64,000 nucleotides of DNA from Eledone cirrhosa. Lineage: Eukaryota. Location: positions 56,358,001 to 56,422,000 of the forward strand of contig OZ024747.1 in the NCBI GenBank assembly GCA_964016885.1, read 5' to 3'. This document shows positions 28,663 to 41,606 of the stretch, one piece after another. A program made the translations under genes and the position numbers. How positions within the stretch are numbered: the stretch's first letter is position 1; every line of letters begins with the position of its first letter. Under the pieces are notes generated by a model, which did no database searches, had not been told where the DNA came from, and saw only the letters and a program-made list of their open reading frames with translations.

Positions 28663-28857
28663 ATATATATATACACATGTATCTATCTATCTTCTAAGTT
28701 TCACTGAAATTTTTAAAACACTACCAACTGTTATACGTGTACTCTATTATATATATTGAGTACTCATTAAAACTAGCAGCAGAATCACCATCAGCACATG
28801 CCTCTGCAATATATTTATATAATCATATTCAAAGACATAAGTACATTATATAGATAT

Positions 28858-28917
<60 letters not shown>

Positions 28918-29073
28918 ATATAGAAAGATTGGCAGTTATGAGTCTAGACTAGTAAGAACATGTCCAGCTATGTACTCAATACTTGGTATAATATGTTGTA
29001 TATATTGTAAACTATTAGAGCCTGATGGCATGAGGTCAACGGTGAGGCCCTAATTTTTTCACTATATATATGT

Positions 29074-29109
<36 letters not shown>

Positions 29110-29164
29110 ATGTATACATATATGTGTGTGTATATATATATGTGTGTGTGTTTGTATATTTCTA

Positions 29165-29222
29165 TAAGGAACCAGAGGGAGCATAATGCTCCCTCTGGTT
29201 CCTTACCACAACTACTTCATTA
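29165..29222 (+). mobile_element. Family B 3' terminus with fold-back
   Basis: AAGGAACCAGAGGGAGCATAATGCTCCCTCTGGTTCCTT hairpin, then ACCACA..TTCATTATATA as at 10340-10370. Confidence 0.6.
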
Positions 29223-29244
29223 TATATATATATATATATTAAAT

Positions 29245-29555
29245 GGAGGCACATGGCTTAGTGGTTAGAGCATTGGCCTTGCAATCGAAACGTTGTGAGT
29301 TCAATTCGCAGACCAGGTGATGTGTTGTTTCCTTGAGCAAGACACTGTAGAAATGAGATGATAGGGACTCGGGTCCCTATCATTCCACTGCAAAGTGGTC
29401 GATGAGGTGCCGTGGCAAAAAAGCACCCAGCACTCACTGTAAATGAGGTTGGTGTTAGGAAGGGCATCCAGCTGTAGAAATCAAGCCAGAATCAGTTCCC
29501 GTCCCACCCTTGCAAGCAGGGAAAAGCGGACGTAAAATGAAATGATGATGATGAT
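29245..29555 (+). mobile_element. tRNA-derived SINE family 1 with RTE-related tail (internal deletion)
   Basis: A box TGGCTTAGTGG, B box GAGTTCAATTC, CCTTGAGCAAGACACT core, GTTGGTGTTAGGAAGGGCATCCAGCTGTAGAAA shared with RTE family 1, (GAT)n tail. Confidence 0.9.
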
Positions 29556-29896
29556 TAAAATATAAGTATTAATAAAATAGATGTTCTTTTGATTAATTAC
29601 ATTTTATTATACATATTTCGGATGTACAACAGTACATCCTCATCATATAACACTTTAATATATATATTTATATATATGTAGGGGAAAAATTAGCGCCTTG
29701 CAGAGAGAGAGAGAGAGAATCCTTGGTGCTGAAACTACTTGTCACCTCTGTCGGGATTTTACATACCACTTTCTCTCTCTCTCTCTCTATATATATATAT
29801 AGACACACACACACACACACATATATATATGTATGTGTGTGTGTATATATATATATAGACACACACACACTCACACACATATATATATGTATGTGA

Positions 29897-29941
<45 letters not shown>

Positions 29942-30031
29942 CACACACACATATATATATGTATGTGAGTGTATATATATATATATATATGTATATATAG
30001 ACACACACACACATACATATATATATATATG

Positions 30032-30228
30032 AAAAGATTCTGGACCCGCGACAGCTGAGCTCTGGCCGTTTCGACAGCTAGATCCGAATGTTCAGATCTA
30101 TCTGTCGAAATGGCCAGAGCTCAGCTGTCGGGCTCCTGGATCTTTATATATTACGACTCTAGTACCACTAGTATCGAATACTGCGGTGAGTTATGGTCTA
30201 GCTTATTTTTACCACACCCTTTCTGATA
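30032..30228 (+). mobile_element. Family B-related element: palindrome of hammerhead 3' halves plus tail
   Basis: CGACAGCTGAGCTCTGGCCGTTTCGACAG ... CTGTCGAAATGGCCAGAGCTCAGCTGTCG; 3' tail parallels 10290-10367. Confidence 0.72.
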
Positions 30229-30241
30229 TATATATATATAT

Positions 30242-30679
30242 ATCTTTGGCGCTACACAGTAATACAGAAGACCCACCTTGCCTAAGTACAAAGCGAAACC
30301 TTCAGTCAGTAGGCACCTCTTAACAAAAACACCCCCCCCCCCCGTCCCACTACCCCCACCCCATCCCCACCACCCCTTACAATGTAAAGTTATGTTGGTA
30401 CCACAACATCCAGTCCGAAACAAATGAGGTTGTGTAGGTGTCACGACAAAAAAACACACAGTCCACGCTGTAATGTGGCCGTGTAGGTAACATGGTAAAA
30501 ACCTCCCAGTCCACACTGTACATGTGGTTGGTGATAGGAAGGGCATCCAGCCGTAGAAAACCCGCCAGACAGTCCTATACGAGCAAGACAACCAATCTTG
30601 CCTCAAGTGGGAAAATTCCCGTCCAAACCCATGCTAGCGGGGAAGATGGAAGTTAAACGATGATGATGAAGATGATGAT
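30242..30679 (+). mobile_element. 5'-truncated RTE LINE family 1
   Basis: Ends ORF (LWRYTVIQKTHLA*), 3' UTR and (GAT)n tail; inverted partner at 30877-31310. Confidence 0.88.
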
Positions 30680-30692
30680 ATCTAAGCTTCCA

Positions 30693-30724
<32 letters not shown>

Positions 30725-30731
<7 letters not shown>

Positions 30732-30867
30732 GGATATATGAGAGGGATGTATAGTTATATCTGTGTTCATCCCTCTCATATATCCAATTATATTACACGG
30801 CTCGGAAAGATTCCCTTCTTTGAGCTATTTAATTGTAAAAGACTATTTTGAGTTTTTAACTCAATCT
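30725..30867 (+). repeat. Short unclassified element with 25-bp-arm hairpin
   Basis: ATAATTGGATATATGAGAGGGATG / CATCCCTCTCATATATCCAATTAT; its 3' end TGTAAAAGACTATTTTGAGTTT recurs inverted near 59370 and 59590. Confidence 0.55.
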
Positions 30868-30876
30868 ATGATGATG

Positions 30877-31446
30877 ATCATCATCATCATCATCGTTTAA
30901 CGTCCATCTTCTCCGCTAGCATGGGTTTGGACGGGAGTTTTCCCACTTGAGGCAAGAGTGGTTGTCTTGCTCGCATAGGACTGTCTGGTAGGTTTTCTAC
31001 GGCTGGATGCACTTCCTAACACCAACCACATTTACAGTGTGGGACTGGGAGGTTTTTACCATGTTACCTACACGGCCACATTATAGCGTGGACTGTGTGT
31101 TTTTTTTGTCGTGACACCTACATGACTTCATTTGTTTCGGGCTGGATGTTGTGGTACCAACATAACTTTACATTGAAAGGGGTGGTGTGGATGAGGTGGG
31201 GGTAGTGGGACGGGGGTGTATTTTGTTAGAGGTGCCTACTGACTGTAGTAGGTTTCACTTTGTACTTAGGTAAGGCGGGTCTTCTCTATTACTGTGTAGC
31301 GCCAAAGATCTCGGTCCAGTGACATTGTCTTGGAGAGGTGTAAGTGTATGAGGTTGGAATTTATCAAGTCGTCCCAGGTTTTTCTGGGTCTGCCTACTCC
31401 GTGGCTACCGTCTATTTTTATTGCCCTGCACTTTTTTATACAGCTG

Positions 31447-31450
<4 letters not shown>
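30877..31450 (-). mobile_element. 5'-truncated RTE LINE family 1 with ORF C-terminus
   Basis: Minus strand 31448-31266 reads DSCIKKCRAIKIDGSHGVGRPRKTWDDLINSNLIHLHLSKTMSLDRDLWRYTVIEKTRLT*; GRPRKTW...DR..WR is the typical RTE C-terminal signature. Confidence 0.9.
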
Positions 31451-31479
<29 letters not shown>

Positions 31480-31486
<7 letters not shown>

Positions 31487-31700
31487 GTGAGGTTTTTTTT
31501 ACAAAATGAAAAATAACCGAGGTGTCCTACACGAGTGAAAGTATAAAGAAAAAAAGATGAAATCGAAAATGCAACTGGAGTCTTATTTTAAAAAAAATAT
31601 ATATATTTATTTGGTTCCTTTACCGGTTTCGTAGTTCTTCTGTTTTTCAAAATAGAGTTGAGATGGAGGGTCTGTGGTTTTTCACACATGTGTTTTTTCT
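31480..31700. mobile_element. Family D repeat (second copy)
   Basis: Near-identical to parts of 5623-6005. Confidence 0.7.
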
Positions 31701-31903
31701 CACTTGCAGTGGAATGATAGGGACCACAGTCCTTATCATTCCACTGCAAAGTGGTCGTGTAGGTGGCACGGCAAAAAACTACCCAGCACTCACTGTAAAT
31801 GAGGTTGGTGTTAGGAAGGGCATTCAGCTGTAGAAATCAAGCCAGAATCAGTTCCCGTCCCACCCTTGCAAGCAGGGAAGAGTGGACGTAAAATGATGAT
31901 GAT
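31701..31903 (+). mobile_element. 5'-truncated SINE family 1 with a short inverted 5' end
   Basis: Matches the 3' half of 51305-51631; begins with hairpin TTGCAGTGGAATGATAGGGAC...GTCCTTATCATTCCACTGCAA. Confidence 0.85.
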
Positions 31904-32193
31904 ATATAATTTTTTTTTTCTGCCTCCCTGTTTTTGTTCCCGTCCAAGTTTTCACTATATATATATATATATATATGTAGAAGGGATATTTAATTTGTTG
32001 GAAGTCCAACAAATATAAGTGTTTGTAACTGATTTAGAGCACTCAACAGTTTACTGGAGTAAATATTCAATGATATTAAATAAATGAAAACTATATTTAT
32101 AAAACCATATTTATTTCATTATATATCCAGTGAATTTCCAACCGATAAGGTATGATTTTCATGGGTATGTCTCTATTTATAAAACAAACTTTG

Positions 32194-32254
32194 TATTTTA
32201 TCTGATGAAAGCGTATCAATGTCTTGGTACCCTTGAAATATATATAATAAAATA
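32194..32254 (+). ncRNA. Minimal type I hammerhead ribozyme (family E); element spans ~31980-32265
   Basis: UAUUUUAU-CUGAUGA-AAGCGUAUCAA(UGUC)UUGGUACCCUU-GAAA-UAUAUA-UA^AUAAAAUA; 8-bp stem I, stem II about 10 bp. Confidence 0.8.
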
Positions 32255-32284
32255 AATATGGTTATATATATATATATAAATATA

Positions 32285-32382
<98 letters not shown>

Positions 32383-32699
32383 AGTAAGTTAGTCAGTTTA
32401 GAAATGTGAAAGTAGTAGTAGTAACAGTACTAGTTGTTTTTGTTGTTGTATTCATGGTGTAGGTCATGTTAGTACTTATGATGATGTAAGTAATGTTGGT
32501 GCTTATGGTGTTAGTGCTGGTGATGATGTTGGTTATAGTTTGTAAATCTATGTAGTTATATTTATATTTATTCCTTGTTTCAAACTGTGACTTATGTTAG
32601 GGGGTAGCATGTGTATTGGGGGAGAGGGAAGAGATTGATTGTAGTGTATTGGTGGTGGTGTTAGTGGTGGGGATGTTGGTGTTAGTGTTAGTTGGTGGT

Positions 32700-34340
32700 G
32701 CTAGTGGTGTTAGTGTTAGTGCTGCTGGTAGTGGTGAAGGTGGTAGTGTTAGTGTTAGTGGTGCTGGTAGAGGTGAAGGTGGTAGTGTTAGTGGTGGGGG
32801 TGTTGGCGTTAGTGTTAGTTGGTGGTGCTAGTGGTGTTAGTGTTAGTGGTGCTGGTAGAGGTGAAGGTGGTAGTGTTAGTGTTAGTGGTGCTGGTAGAGG
32901 TGAAGGTGGTAGTGTTAGTGTTAGTGGTGCTGGTAGTGGTGAAGGTGGTAGTGTTAGTGTTAGTGGTGCTGGTAGAGGTGAAGGTGGTAGTGTTAGTGTT
33001 AGTGGTGCTGGTAGAGGTGAAGGTGGTAGTGTTAGTGTTAGTGGTGCTGGTAGAGGTGAAGGTGGTGGTGTTAGTGTTAGTGGTGCTGGTAGAGGTGAAG
33101 GTGGTGGTGTTAGTGTTAGTGGTGCTGGTAGAGGTGAAGGTGGTGGTGTTAGTGTTAGTGGTGCTGGTAGAGGTGAAGGTGGTAGTGTTAGTGTTAGTGG
33201 TGCTGGTAGAGGTTAAGGTGGTAGTGTTAGTGTTAGTGGTGCTGGTAGAGGTGAAGGTGGTAGTGTTAGTGTTAGTGGTGCTGGTAGAGGTGAAGGTGGT
33301 AGTGTTAGTGTTAGTGGTGCTGGTAGAGGTGAAGGTGGTGGTGTTAGTGTTAGTGGTGCTGGTAGAGGTGAAGGTGGTAGTGTTAGTGTTAGTGGTGCTG
33401 GTAGAGGTGAAGGTGGTGGTGTTAGTGTTAGTGGTGCTGGTAGAGGTGAAGGTGGTAGTGTTAGTGTTAGTGGTGCTGGTAGAGGTGAAGGTGGTGGTGT
33501 TAGTGTTAGTGGTGCTGGTAGAGGTGAAGGTGGTGGTGTTAATGTTAGTGGTGCTGGTAGAGGTGAAGGTGGTAGTGTTAGTGTTAGTGGTGCTGGTAGA
33601 GGTGAAGGTGGTGGTGCTAATGTTAGTGGTGCTGGTAGAGGTGAAGGTGGTAGTGTTAGTGTTAGTGGTGCTGGTAGAGGTGAAGGTGGTGGTGTTAATG
33701 GTGTTGGTGTTAGTGTTAGTTGGTGGTGCTAGTGGTGTTAGTGTTAGTGGTGCTGGTAGAGGTGAAGGTGGTAGTGTTAGTGTTAGTGGTGCTGGTAGAG
33801 GTGAAGGTGGTAGTGTTAGTGTTAGTGGTGCTGGTAGAGGTGAAGGTGGTAGTGTTAGTGTTAGTGGTGCTGGTAGAGGTGAAGGTGGTAGTGTTAGTGT
33901 TAGTGGTGCTGGTAGAGGTGAAGGTGGTGGTGTTAGTGTTAGTGGTGCTGGTAGAGGTGAAGGTGGTAGTGTTAGTGTTAGTGGTGCTGGTAGAGGTGAA
34001 GGTGGTAGTGTTAGTGTTAGTGGTGCTGGTAGAGGTGAAGGTGGTAGTGTTAGTGTTAGTGGTGCTGGTAGAGGTGAAGGTGGTAGTGTTAGTGTTAGTG
34101 GTGCTGGTAGAGGTGAAGGTGGTGGTGTTAGTGTTAGTGGTGCTGGTAGAGGTGAAGGTGGTAGTGTTAATGTTAGTGGTGCTGGTAGAGGTGACGGTGG
34201 TGGTGTTAGTGTTAGTGGTGCTGGTAGAGGTGAAGGTGGTGGTGTTAGTGGCGGGGTGTTGGCGTTAGTGTTAGTTGGTGGTGCTGGTAGTGTTAGTGTT
34301 AGTGGTGCTGGTAGCAGTGAAGGTGGTGGTGTTAGTGTTA
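32700..34340. repeat. Minisatellite, 39-bp unit x ~40
   Basis: Unit GTGTTAGTGTTAGTGGTGCTGGTAGAGGTGAAGGTGGT(A/G). Confidence 0.95.
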
Positions 34341-35130
34341 GTTAGTGGTGCTGGTAGCATTGAGGGTGGTAGTGTTAGTGGTGCTGGTAGTGGTGGTGGG
34401 GGTATGTTAGTTTTAGTGGTGCTGGAAGTGGTGGGAGTGGGGGGTGTTAGTGTTAGTGGTGGTGGCGCTTGTGTTAGTGTTAGTGTTAGCAGTGGTGGTG
34501 GTGGGGAGGGGTGCTTGTGTTAGTGTTAGTGTTAGCAGTGGTGGTGGTGGGGAGGGGTGCTTGTGTTAGTGTTAGTGTTAGCAGTGGTGGTGGGGTGCTT
34601 GTGTTAGTGTTAGTGGTGGTGGTGGTGGTGGTATTAGTGTTAGTGGTGCTGATAGTGGTTGTGGTGCTGGTGATTAAATGATGTTAGCTATGTTAGTGGG
34701 GGACATAATAGTATGGTGATGAGGGTGGTTGTGTCGTAGTACACACTACTACAGTTGACAGGGGTGGTTGTAGTGCTAGCTGTGCTGGTGGTGGTGGTAG
34801 TGGTGGAGGTGTTTGTGTAGATAGGGTGTGGTATGGATGAAGGCGTGGTCAGTCGCCCTGCACATCCTCCTGAAGAATATGAAACACAAATGTGGTGTAT
34901 GTCAGAATAATGGCTTTTAATTAATGATGAAATCCATTCCGAGTGAGATGATGAGACGAAAAGAGATGAAAGACGATGAAAGACGATGAAAGAATGGATG
35001 TAAAATAATTGTAAAATGATAAAAGAGAGTGCAGTGAATTGAAGTGGAAGTTGAGGTGTTCATTCTGTTTTGTTTTGGGCTGTTAGAGGAGTAGTGGGGG
35101 GTGATGTGCAAATATATGATCTATCAGTAC

Positions 35131-35161
<31 letters not shown>

Positions 35162-36290
35162 GGTATGTATGTGTGTATGTATGTATGTATGTATGTATGT
35201 ATGTGTGTATGTAGGTATGTATGTATGTGTGTATGTGTGTAGGTATGTATGTATGTATGTATGTATGTATGTATGTATGTGTGTGTGTAGGTATGTATGT
35301 ATGTGTGTATGTGTGTATGTATGTATGTATGTATGTAGGTATGTATGTATGTATGTATGTATGTATGTATGTATGTATGTGTGTATGTAGGTATGTATGT
35401 GTGTATGTGTGTATGTGTGTATGTATGTATGTATGTGTGTATGTATGTATGTGTATATGTATGTGTGTTTGTATATATATATGTATGTATGCATGTGTGT
35501 ATGTGTGTATGTATGTATGTTTGTGTATATGTATGTGTGTGTATATATGTATGTATGTATTTATGTATGTGTGTGGGTAGGTATGTACGTATATATGTAT
35601 GTATATGTGTTTGTATATATGTATGTGTGTATGTATGTATGTATGTATGTATGTATGTATGTATGTGTATATGTATGTGTGTGTATATATGTATGTATTT
35701 ATGTATGTATGTGAGTGGGTAGGTATGTACATATATATGTTTGTATGTGTGTTTCTATATATGTATGTGTGTATGTATGTGTGTATGTATGTGTGTATGT
35801 ATGTGTGTGTATGTATGTATGTGTGTATGTATGTGTATATGTATGTGTGTATATATGTATGTATGTATTTATGTATTTATGTATGTGTGTGTGGGGGTAG
35901 GTATGTACATATATATGTTTGTATGTGTGTTTGTATATATGTATGTGTGTATGTATGTGTGTATGTATGTATGTATGTATGTATGTATATATATGTATGT
36001 ATTTATGTATGTGAAGGCATGTGGCTGAGTGGTTAGAGAATTGGATTCGCGCCTTTTTGTATGTATGTATGTATGTGTGTAGGTATGTATGTACATATAT
36101 ATGTATGTGTGTGTGTATATATGTATATATATATATTTATGTGTGTATGTGTGTAATATGTATGTATGTATTATGTATGTATTTATGTATGTATATATGC
36201 ATATATGTATGTATATATGTATGTTTGTATGTATGTGAGTATGTATGTATGGATGCATTTTATACATATATATATTTGTGTGTGTGTGTA
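35131..36290. repeat. (TATG)n/(TG)n microsatellite tract
   Basis: Direct. Confidence 0.95.
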
Positions 36291-36424
36291 TAAAGAGTTA
36301 ACAATCAGTCAAAACTTGTTAATGTGTATATATATATATATATACACACACAAATATATATATACTCTTTTACTCTTTTATCTGTTCCAGCCATCCAGCT
36401 GAGGCCATGCTGGGGCACCGTCCT

Positions 36425-36458
<34 letters not shown>

Positions 36459-36574
36459 TCATCATCATCATCATCATCATCTTTTAACGTCCATCTTCCA
36501 CGCTTGCATATATCATCATCATCATCATTTTACGTCCGCTTTTCCCTGCTTGCATATATATGTCAATTCCCAAG

Positions 36575-36719
36575 TGCAGGAGCTGGGGGGGTGGGGTGTT
36601 ACCACAATTAAATAGTACTCAATACATTCGTAGAGAATAGGCATCTTTATTATACATAGAAAATACTTCAACAGGGCTAGAACTCTCTCATACAAATGAA
36701 ACAGTCCTATTCCCTTAGA

Positions 36720-36725
<6 letters not shown>
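36575..36725 (-). mobile_element. Degenerate family A-related element
   Basis: GTACTCAATAC..GTAGAG, CTTCAACAGGGCTAGAACT ... AATGAAACAGTCCTA..CCCTTAGAAG decayed inverted pair. Confidence 0.55.
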
Positions 36726-36751
<26 letters not shown>

Positions 36752-36767
36752 TAATGTATAATATATA

Positions 36768-37392
36768 ATAATTGTTTCTACTTTTGGCACAAGGCCAGCA
36801 ATTATCCCAGAGTATTACTGGTACTTTATTTTATCGACCCCGTAAGGATGAATGTCAAAGTTAACCTCAGCGGGATTTGAACTCAGATCGTATAATATAT
36901 AATTGTTTCTACTTTTGGCACAAGGCCAGCAAATACCCAGTACATTACTGGTACTTTATTTTATCGACCCCGTAAGGATGAAAGGCAAAGTTAACCTCGG
37001 CGCGATTTGAACTCAGAATGGCAAGGGCTGTAACTCTATACATCAAAGCATGGCATCCGACCCTCTACCGATACTGCCAATCCACCGCCCTATATCGTAT
37101 AATATATAATAATGGTTTCTTATATAGGCACAAGGCCAGCAATTTTGGTGGAGGAGAATGTCGATTAAATCTACCCCAGTGCGTGACTGGTACTTTATTA
37201 ATAATTGTTTCTACTTTAGGCACAAGGCCAGCAATTACCCAGTGCATTACTGGTACTTTATTTTATCGACCCCGTAAGGATGAAAGGCAAGGTCAACCTC
37301 GGCGGGATTTGAACTCAGATCGTAAAGGGACGTAACTGTGCTGGAAAGCATGGCGTCCGACCCTCTACCGATACTGCCAATCCACCGCCCTG
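36768..37392 (-). mobile_element. Head-to-tail chain of four SINE family 2 copies
   Basis: Repeated ATAATTGTTTCTACTTTTGGCACAAGGCCAGC...GGATGAAAGGC...TTTGAACTCAG (B box)...CCGATACTGCCAATCCACCGCC (A box, reverse complement). Confidence 0.9.
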
Positions 37393-37429
37393 GTACTTTA
37401 TTAATAATGATATATATACATATATATAT

Positions 37430-37795
37430 ATAACCAAAGATTTATATGGTTTGTTGATTAATCAATGAATACCATTTTACAATAGATTAGAAGTACTCGA
37501 CAGGATTTTCCTGGAGTTATTTAATATTATTCAAAATATTAATAAATGAAAAATGTTCTCATAATCAAAATATATATTTTATTATACATATATCAAAGGT
37601 ACAATGGTGTTTAAGTACGTTTTCATCAGACAATACTGGAATTGAGTAATAAAAACCGTAGCGGTATGTTGCATATCAAATCTTATATTTTATCTGATGA
37701 AAACGTACTTAAACACCAATGTACCTTTGAAATATGTATAATAAAATATATATTTTGATTATGAGAATATTTTTCATTTATTAATATTTTTATTA
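37430..37795. mobile_element. Family E element with ~98-bp inverted arms, each carrying a hammerhead
   Basis: 37533-37630 is the reverse complement of 37693-37790; the minus-strand copy has GAAA mutated to GATA. Confidence 0.8.
37684..37750 (+). ncRNA. Minimal type I hammerhead ribozyme (family E)
   Basis: UAUAUUUUAU-CUGAUGA-AAACGUAC(UUAAACACCAAU)GUACCUUU-GAAA-UAUGUA-UA^AUAAAAUAUA; 10-bp stem I. Confidence 0.8.
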
Positions 37796-37924
37796 ATATA
37801 TATATATATATGTATGTGTCTATATACATATGTATGTTAACATACATATATATATATATATGTATGTGTACACACACACTTACATGCACATATATGTATG
37901 TATGTGTATATATATATATATATA

Positions 37925-38295
37925 TATAAACTTGTAGTTCCTGTCTGTTTGTTTGTTCACAAACTCTTCCTGTAGTTTTGGAGATAGATAACCATATATA
38001 TTCTGAAACTACATTGCCCAGGGTACTTGGATAAGTATATTTCATTTTAATCAAAGGGTTCCCTGGGGGCACAAACTCCTGCTGAAAATTGTTTCCCTTC
38101 AATTTATATGAAATTTAAACTATAGGTAAATGATAAGATGTGATGCCTATTCAGAAAATTTCAGCAAAGCAAATTTCAATAATATTAAGATACCCTAATG
38201 GAGTTTTTCTCCATAAATTATATCACTGATTTAAAATCAATCATCATTTTCTTACAAAATAAATGTGTGAAACGCAACAAGGCACGGGTAATATA
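37925..38295 (+). mobile_element. Possible non-autonomous Helitron-type element
   Basis: Starts TATATAAA...TGTCTGTTTGTTTGTTC and ends CGCAACAAGGCACGGGTAATA, resembling termini of small metazoan Helitron derivatives (recall); no terminal CTAG. Confidence 0.4.
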
Positions 38296-38461
38296 TATAC
38301 ATAGGTATGTGAATGTATGGACGTGTGTATGTATGTTTATAATATGTCGTAGCCTCCATGTACCCTATGAGCAGTAGCATTTTATACAGGGTGGGTTGGC
38401 TGGTCTGTTGTCAGGGCTCCACAATTTTCAAAGGGCCCAACATCAATTTTTTCCCCACCAT

Positions 38462-38653
38462 AAATAATTGTTTCTACTTTAGGCACAAGGCCTGCAATTA
38501 CCCAGTGCATTACTGGTACTTTATTTTATCGACCCCATAAGGATGAAAGGCAAAGTCAACCTTGGCGGGATTTGAACTCAGATCGTAAAGGGACGTAACT
38601 ATGCTGGAAAGCATGGCGTCCGACCCTCTACCGATACTGCCAATCCACCGCCT
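38462..38653 (-). mobile_element. Full-length SINE family 2
   Basis: As 37200-37392. Confidence 0.9.
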
Positions 38654-39136
38654 ATTCCCCACCAATTCCCCACCATAAATAATGGTTTCTTTTGTTATAT
38701 GCAAGTGTTCCAATACAATGTTTAATCAGGAATCCTACACCATTTTAACCCCTTTCTCTTTTTGAGGCCATAAATTTACCCAAGGAATATTTCGCTCCAT
38801 GATGCAGACTAAGTGAAGGGTATTATTTTCTTTTCTGAATGCAAATCTGCCTTCATCACACCAGCCATTGCTCTAATGTTGAACCAGGAATAGGCAAAGG
38901 TCAATACAATTCAGCATCAGTGTGATCATGAGAGAACTCACAATGCACAATACTAGAAGAGGTAGAACTAGGGTCTCATCATGTACTCGAAAAATTCCAA
39001 TAATCCCCCACCTTGGATTGTTACTTTATTTATCAACCCTAAAATATTGAAAATCAATATTGAGCTTGGCTGAGGATCTATTAAAGAGGGGCATATCTTT
39101 ATATTTACCAGAGAATCCATCACTATTTTTAAATGT

Positions 39137-39310
39137 CTTCTTTTTCTTCTTCTTTGCCCACCTATTTCTGAGAGAGTCGTGGGGGCAGAATTCTCAAACA
39201 CTCCTCCAGTGGGCCTTTTTAGAAGCAACTGTCTCCAACTGATCTGGATGGATCCCCAAGCAAGACCAGCCAAGCTCATGGATTTTATCCAACCATCTTG
39301 CTCAGGGTCA
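39137..39310 (-). mobile_element. RTE LINE family 2 (Expander/Rex3-like) 3' end
   Basis: Reverse complement matches 61795-61963, with (GAA)n tail. Confidence 0.8.
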
Positions 39311-39747
39311 AATGTGATTATATTATCTAGAATCTTTTCACCATAATTTTATTTAAGAACCTTTGTTAAGTTATTTTTCAAACATCAGTTTATCAATGGT
39401 TTCTGATAGAGGCATTACTGGTACTTTATTTTACCCAGCCCATAAAATGAAAGGCAAAACTAACCTTGGCAGGATTTGGACTCAATACGTAAAGGGACTT
39501 AACTCTATGCTTCAAAACATGGTGTCTGATGCACTTATGATTTCGCTAATTCACCATCCTAAGCATCAAATTAATAATGAGAATATTAGTTATGTTACTA
39601 AAACTCTCAAAATATTGATTCTTTCCAAAAATATTCTAAAATCATACATAGTGAGTTTTTTTAATTTTAAATATGGAATTGGAAGGGTTAATACAGACCC
39701 AAGAGGAGTCTCTGAAATACTTAATATATTCTTATTATTGTACACTC

Positions 39748-39787
<40 letters not shown>

Positions 39788-39795
<8 letters not shown>

Positions 39796-40136
39796 ATAAT
39801 TTGGGAGGGTCATGTTGCCAATAAGAAACACATGCACCAGTTGCTTTCACTTCAATTTATTATAATAAATTTATAAATTTAGGAATTTATAAATTTCCGA
39901 TTGGTTGGTTGGTTCCACAACTAGATGGTTGTTTATATATTGTCAAAGTTCTTTCGTCACACATTCTGTGACCTCTTCAGTGACTGGGGATGCTTCTCTT
40001 TGTTTTTTGTGCCTCTCCTTTGTTCTGTCCTACGCCATCTTGTTTAAACAAGATGGCATAGAACAGAACAAAGATGAAAGCAACTGGTGCGTGTGTTTCT
40101 TATTGGCAACATGACCCTCCCAAAGTATAACAATAT
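39788..40136. mobile_element. Fold-back element with ~62-bp terminal inverted repeats and internal palindrome
   Basis: TGTTATAATTTGGGAGGGTCATG...GCTTTCA versus TGAAAGC...CATGACCCTCCCAAAGTATAACA; palindrome 40018-40074 centred on GTTTAAAC. Confidence 0.7.
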
Positions 40137-40551
40137 CGGTTTCAACACACGTTTTCAGATCGATCTGAGTTCAAATCCCGCCGAGGTTGACTTTGCCTTT
40201 CATCCTTACGGGGTCGATAAAATAAAGTACCAGTAATGCACTGGGTAATTGCTGGCCTTGTGCCTAAAGTAGAAACAATTATTTATGGTGGGGAAAAAAT
40301 TGATGTTGGGCCCTTTGAAAATTGTGGAGCCCTGACAACAGCCAACCCACCCTGTATAAAATGCTACTGCTCATAGGGTACATGGAGGCTACGACATATT
40401 ATAAACATACATACACACGTCCATACATTCACATACCTATGTATATATATTACCCGTGCCTTGTTGCGTTTCACACATTTATTTTGTAAGAAAATGATGA
40501 TTGATTTTAAATCAGTGATATAATTTATGGAGAAAAACTCCATTAGGGTAT

Positions 40552-41055
<504 letters not shown>

Positions 41056-41101
41056 ACAACATGCAATATATATATGTGTGTGTGTGTGTATATATATATG
41101 T

Positions 41102-41495
41102 GGAGGCACATGGCTTAGTGGTTAGAGCATTGGCCTTGCAATCGAAAGGTTGTGAGTTCAATTCTCAGACTGGGTGATGTGTTGTTTCCTTGAGCAAGAC
41201 ACTTTATTTCACATTACTCCAGTTTACTCAGCTGTAGAAATGAGATGATAGGACGGGGGTCCCTATCATTCCACTGCAAAGTGGTTGTGGAGGTGCCACG
41301 CCAAAAAAGCACCCAGCCCACACTGTAAAGTGAACGTGTAGGCGCCACAGAAAAAAAAGCACCCAGCACTCACTGCAAATGGGGTTGGTGTTAGGAAGGG
41401 CATCCAACTGTAAAAATCAAACCAGAATCAGTTCCTGTCCCACCCTTGCAACCAGGGAAAAAGCGGACGTAAAATGAAATGATGATGATGATGAT
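41102..41495 (+). mobile_element. Full-length SINE family 1 with internal duplication
   Basis: A and B boxes, core and (GAT)n tail. Confidence 0.92.
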
Positions 41496-41539
41496 ATATA
41501 TATATATATATAAATAAATATATATATATATATAAATAA

Positions 41540-41606
<67 letters not shown>

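Larger units (their letters stand above)
38190..40551. repeat. Inverted duplication: 38190-38585 versus 40161-40551 (~395 bp, near identical)
   Basis: TACCCTAATGGAG...GAACTCAGATCG and its reverse complement CGATCTGAGTTC...CTCCATTAGGGTA. Confidence 0.92.

Noticed and set aside
29245-29320. tRNA gene calls at SINE heads
   Set aside because: A and B boxes continue into a SINE body and tail; no complete cloverleaf
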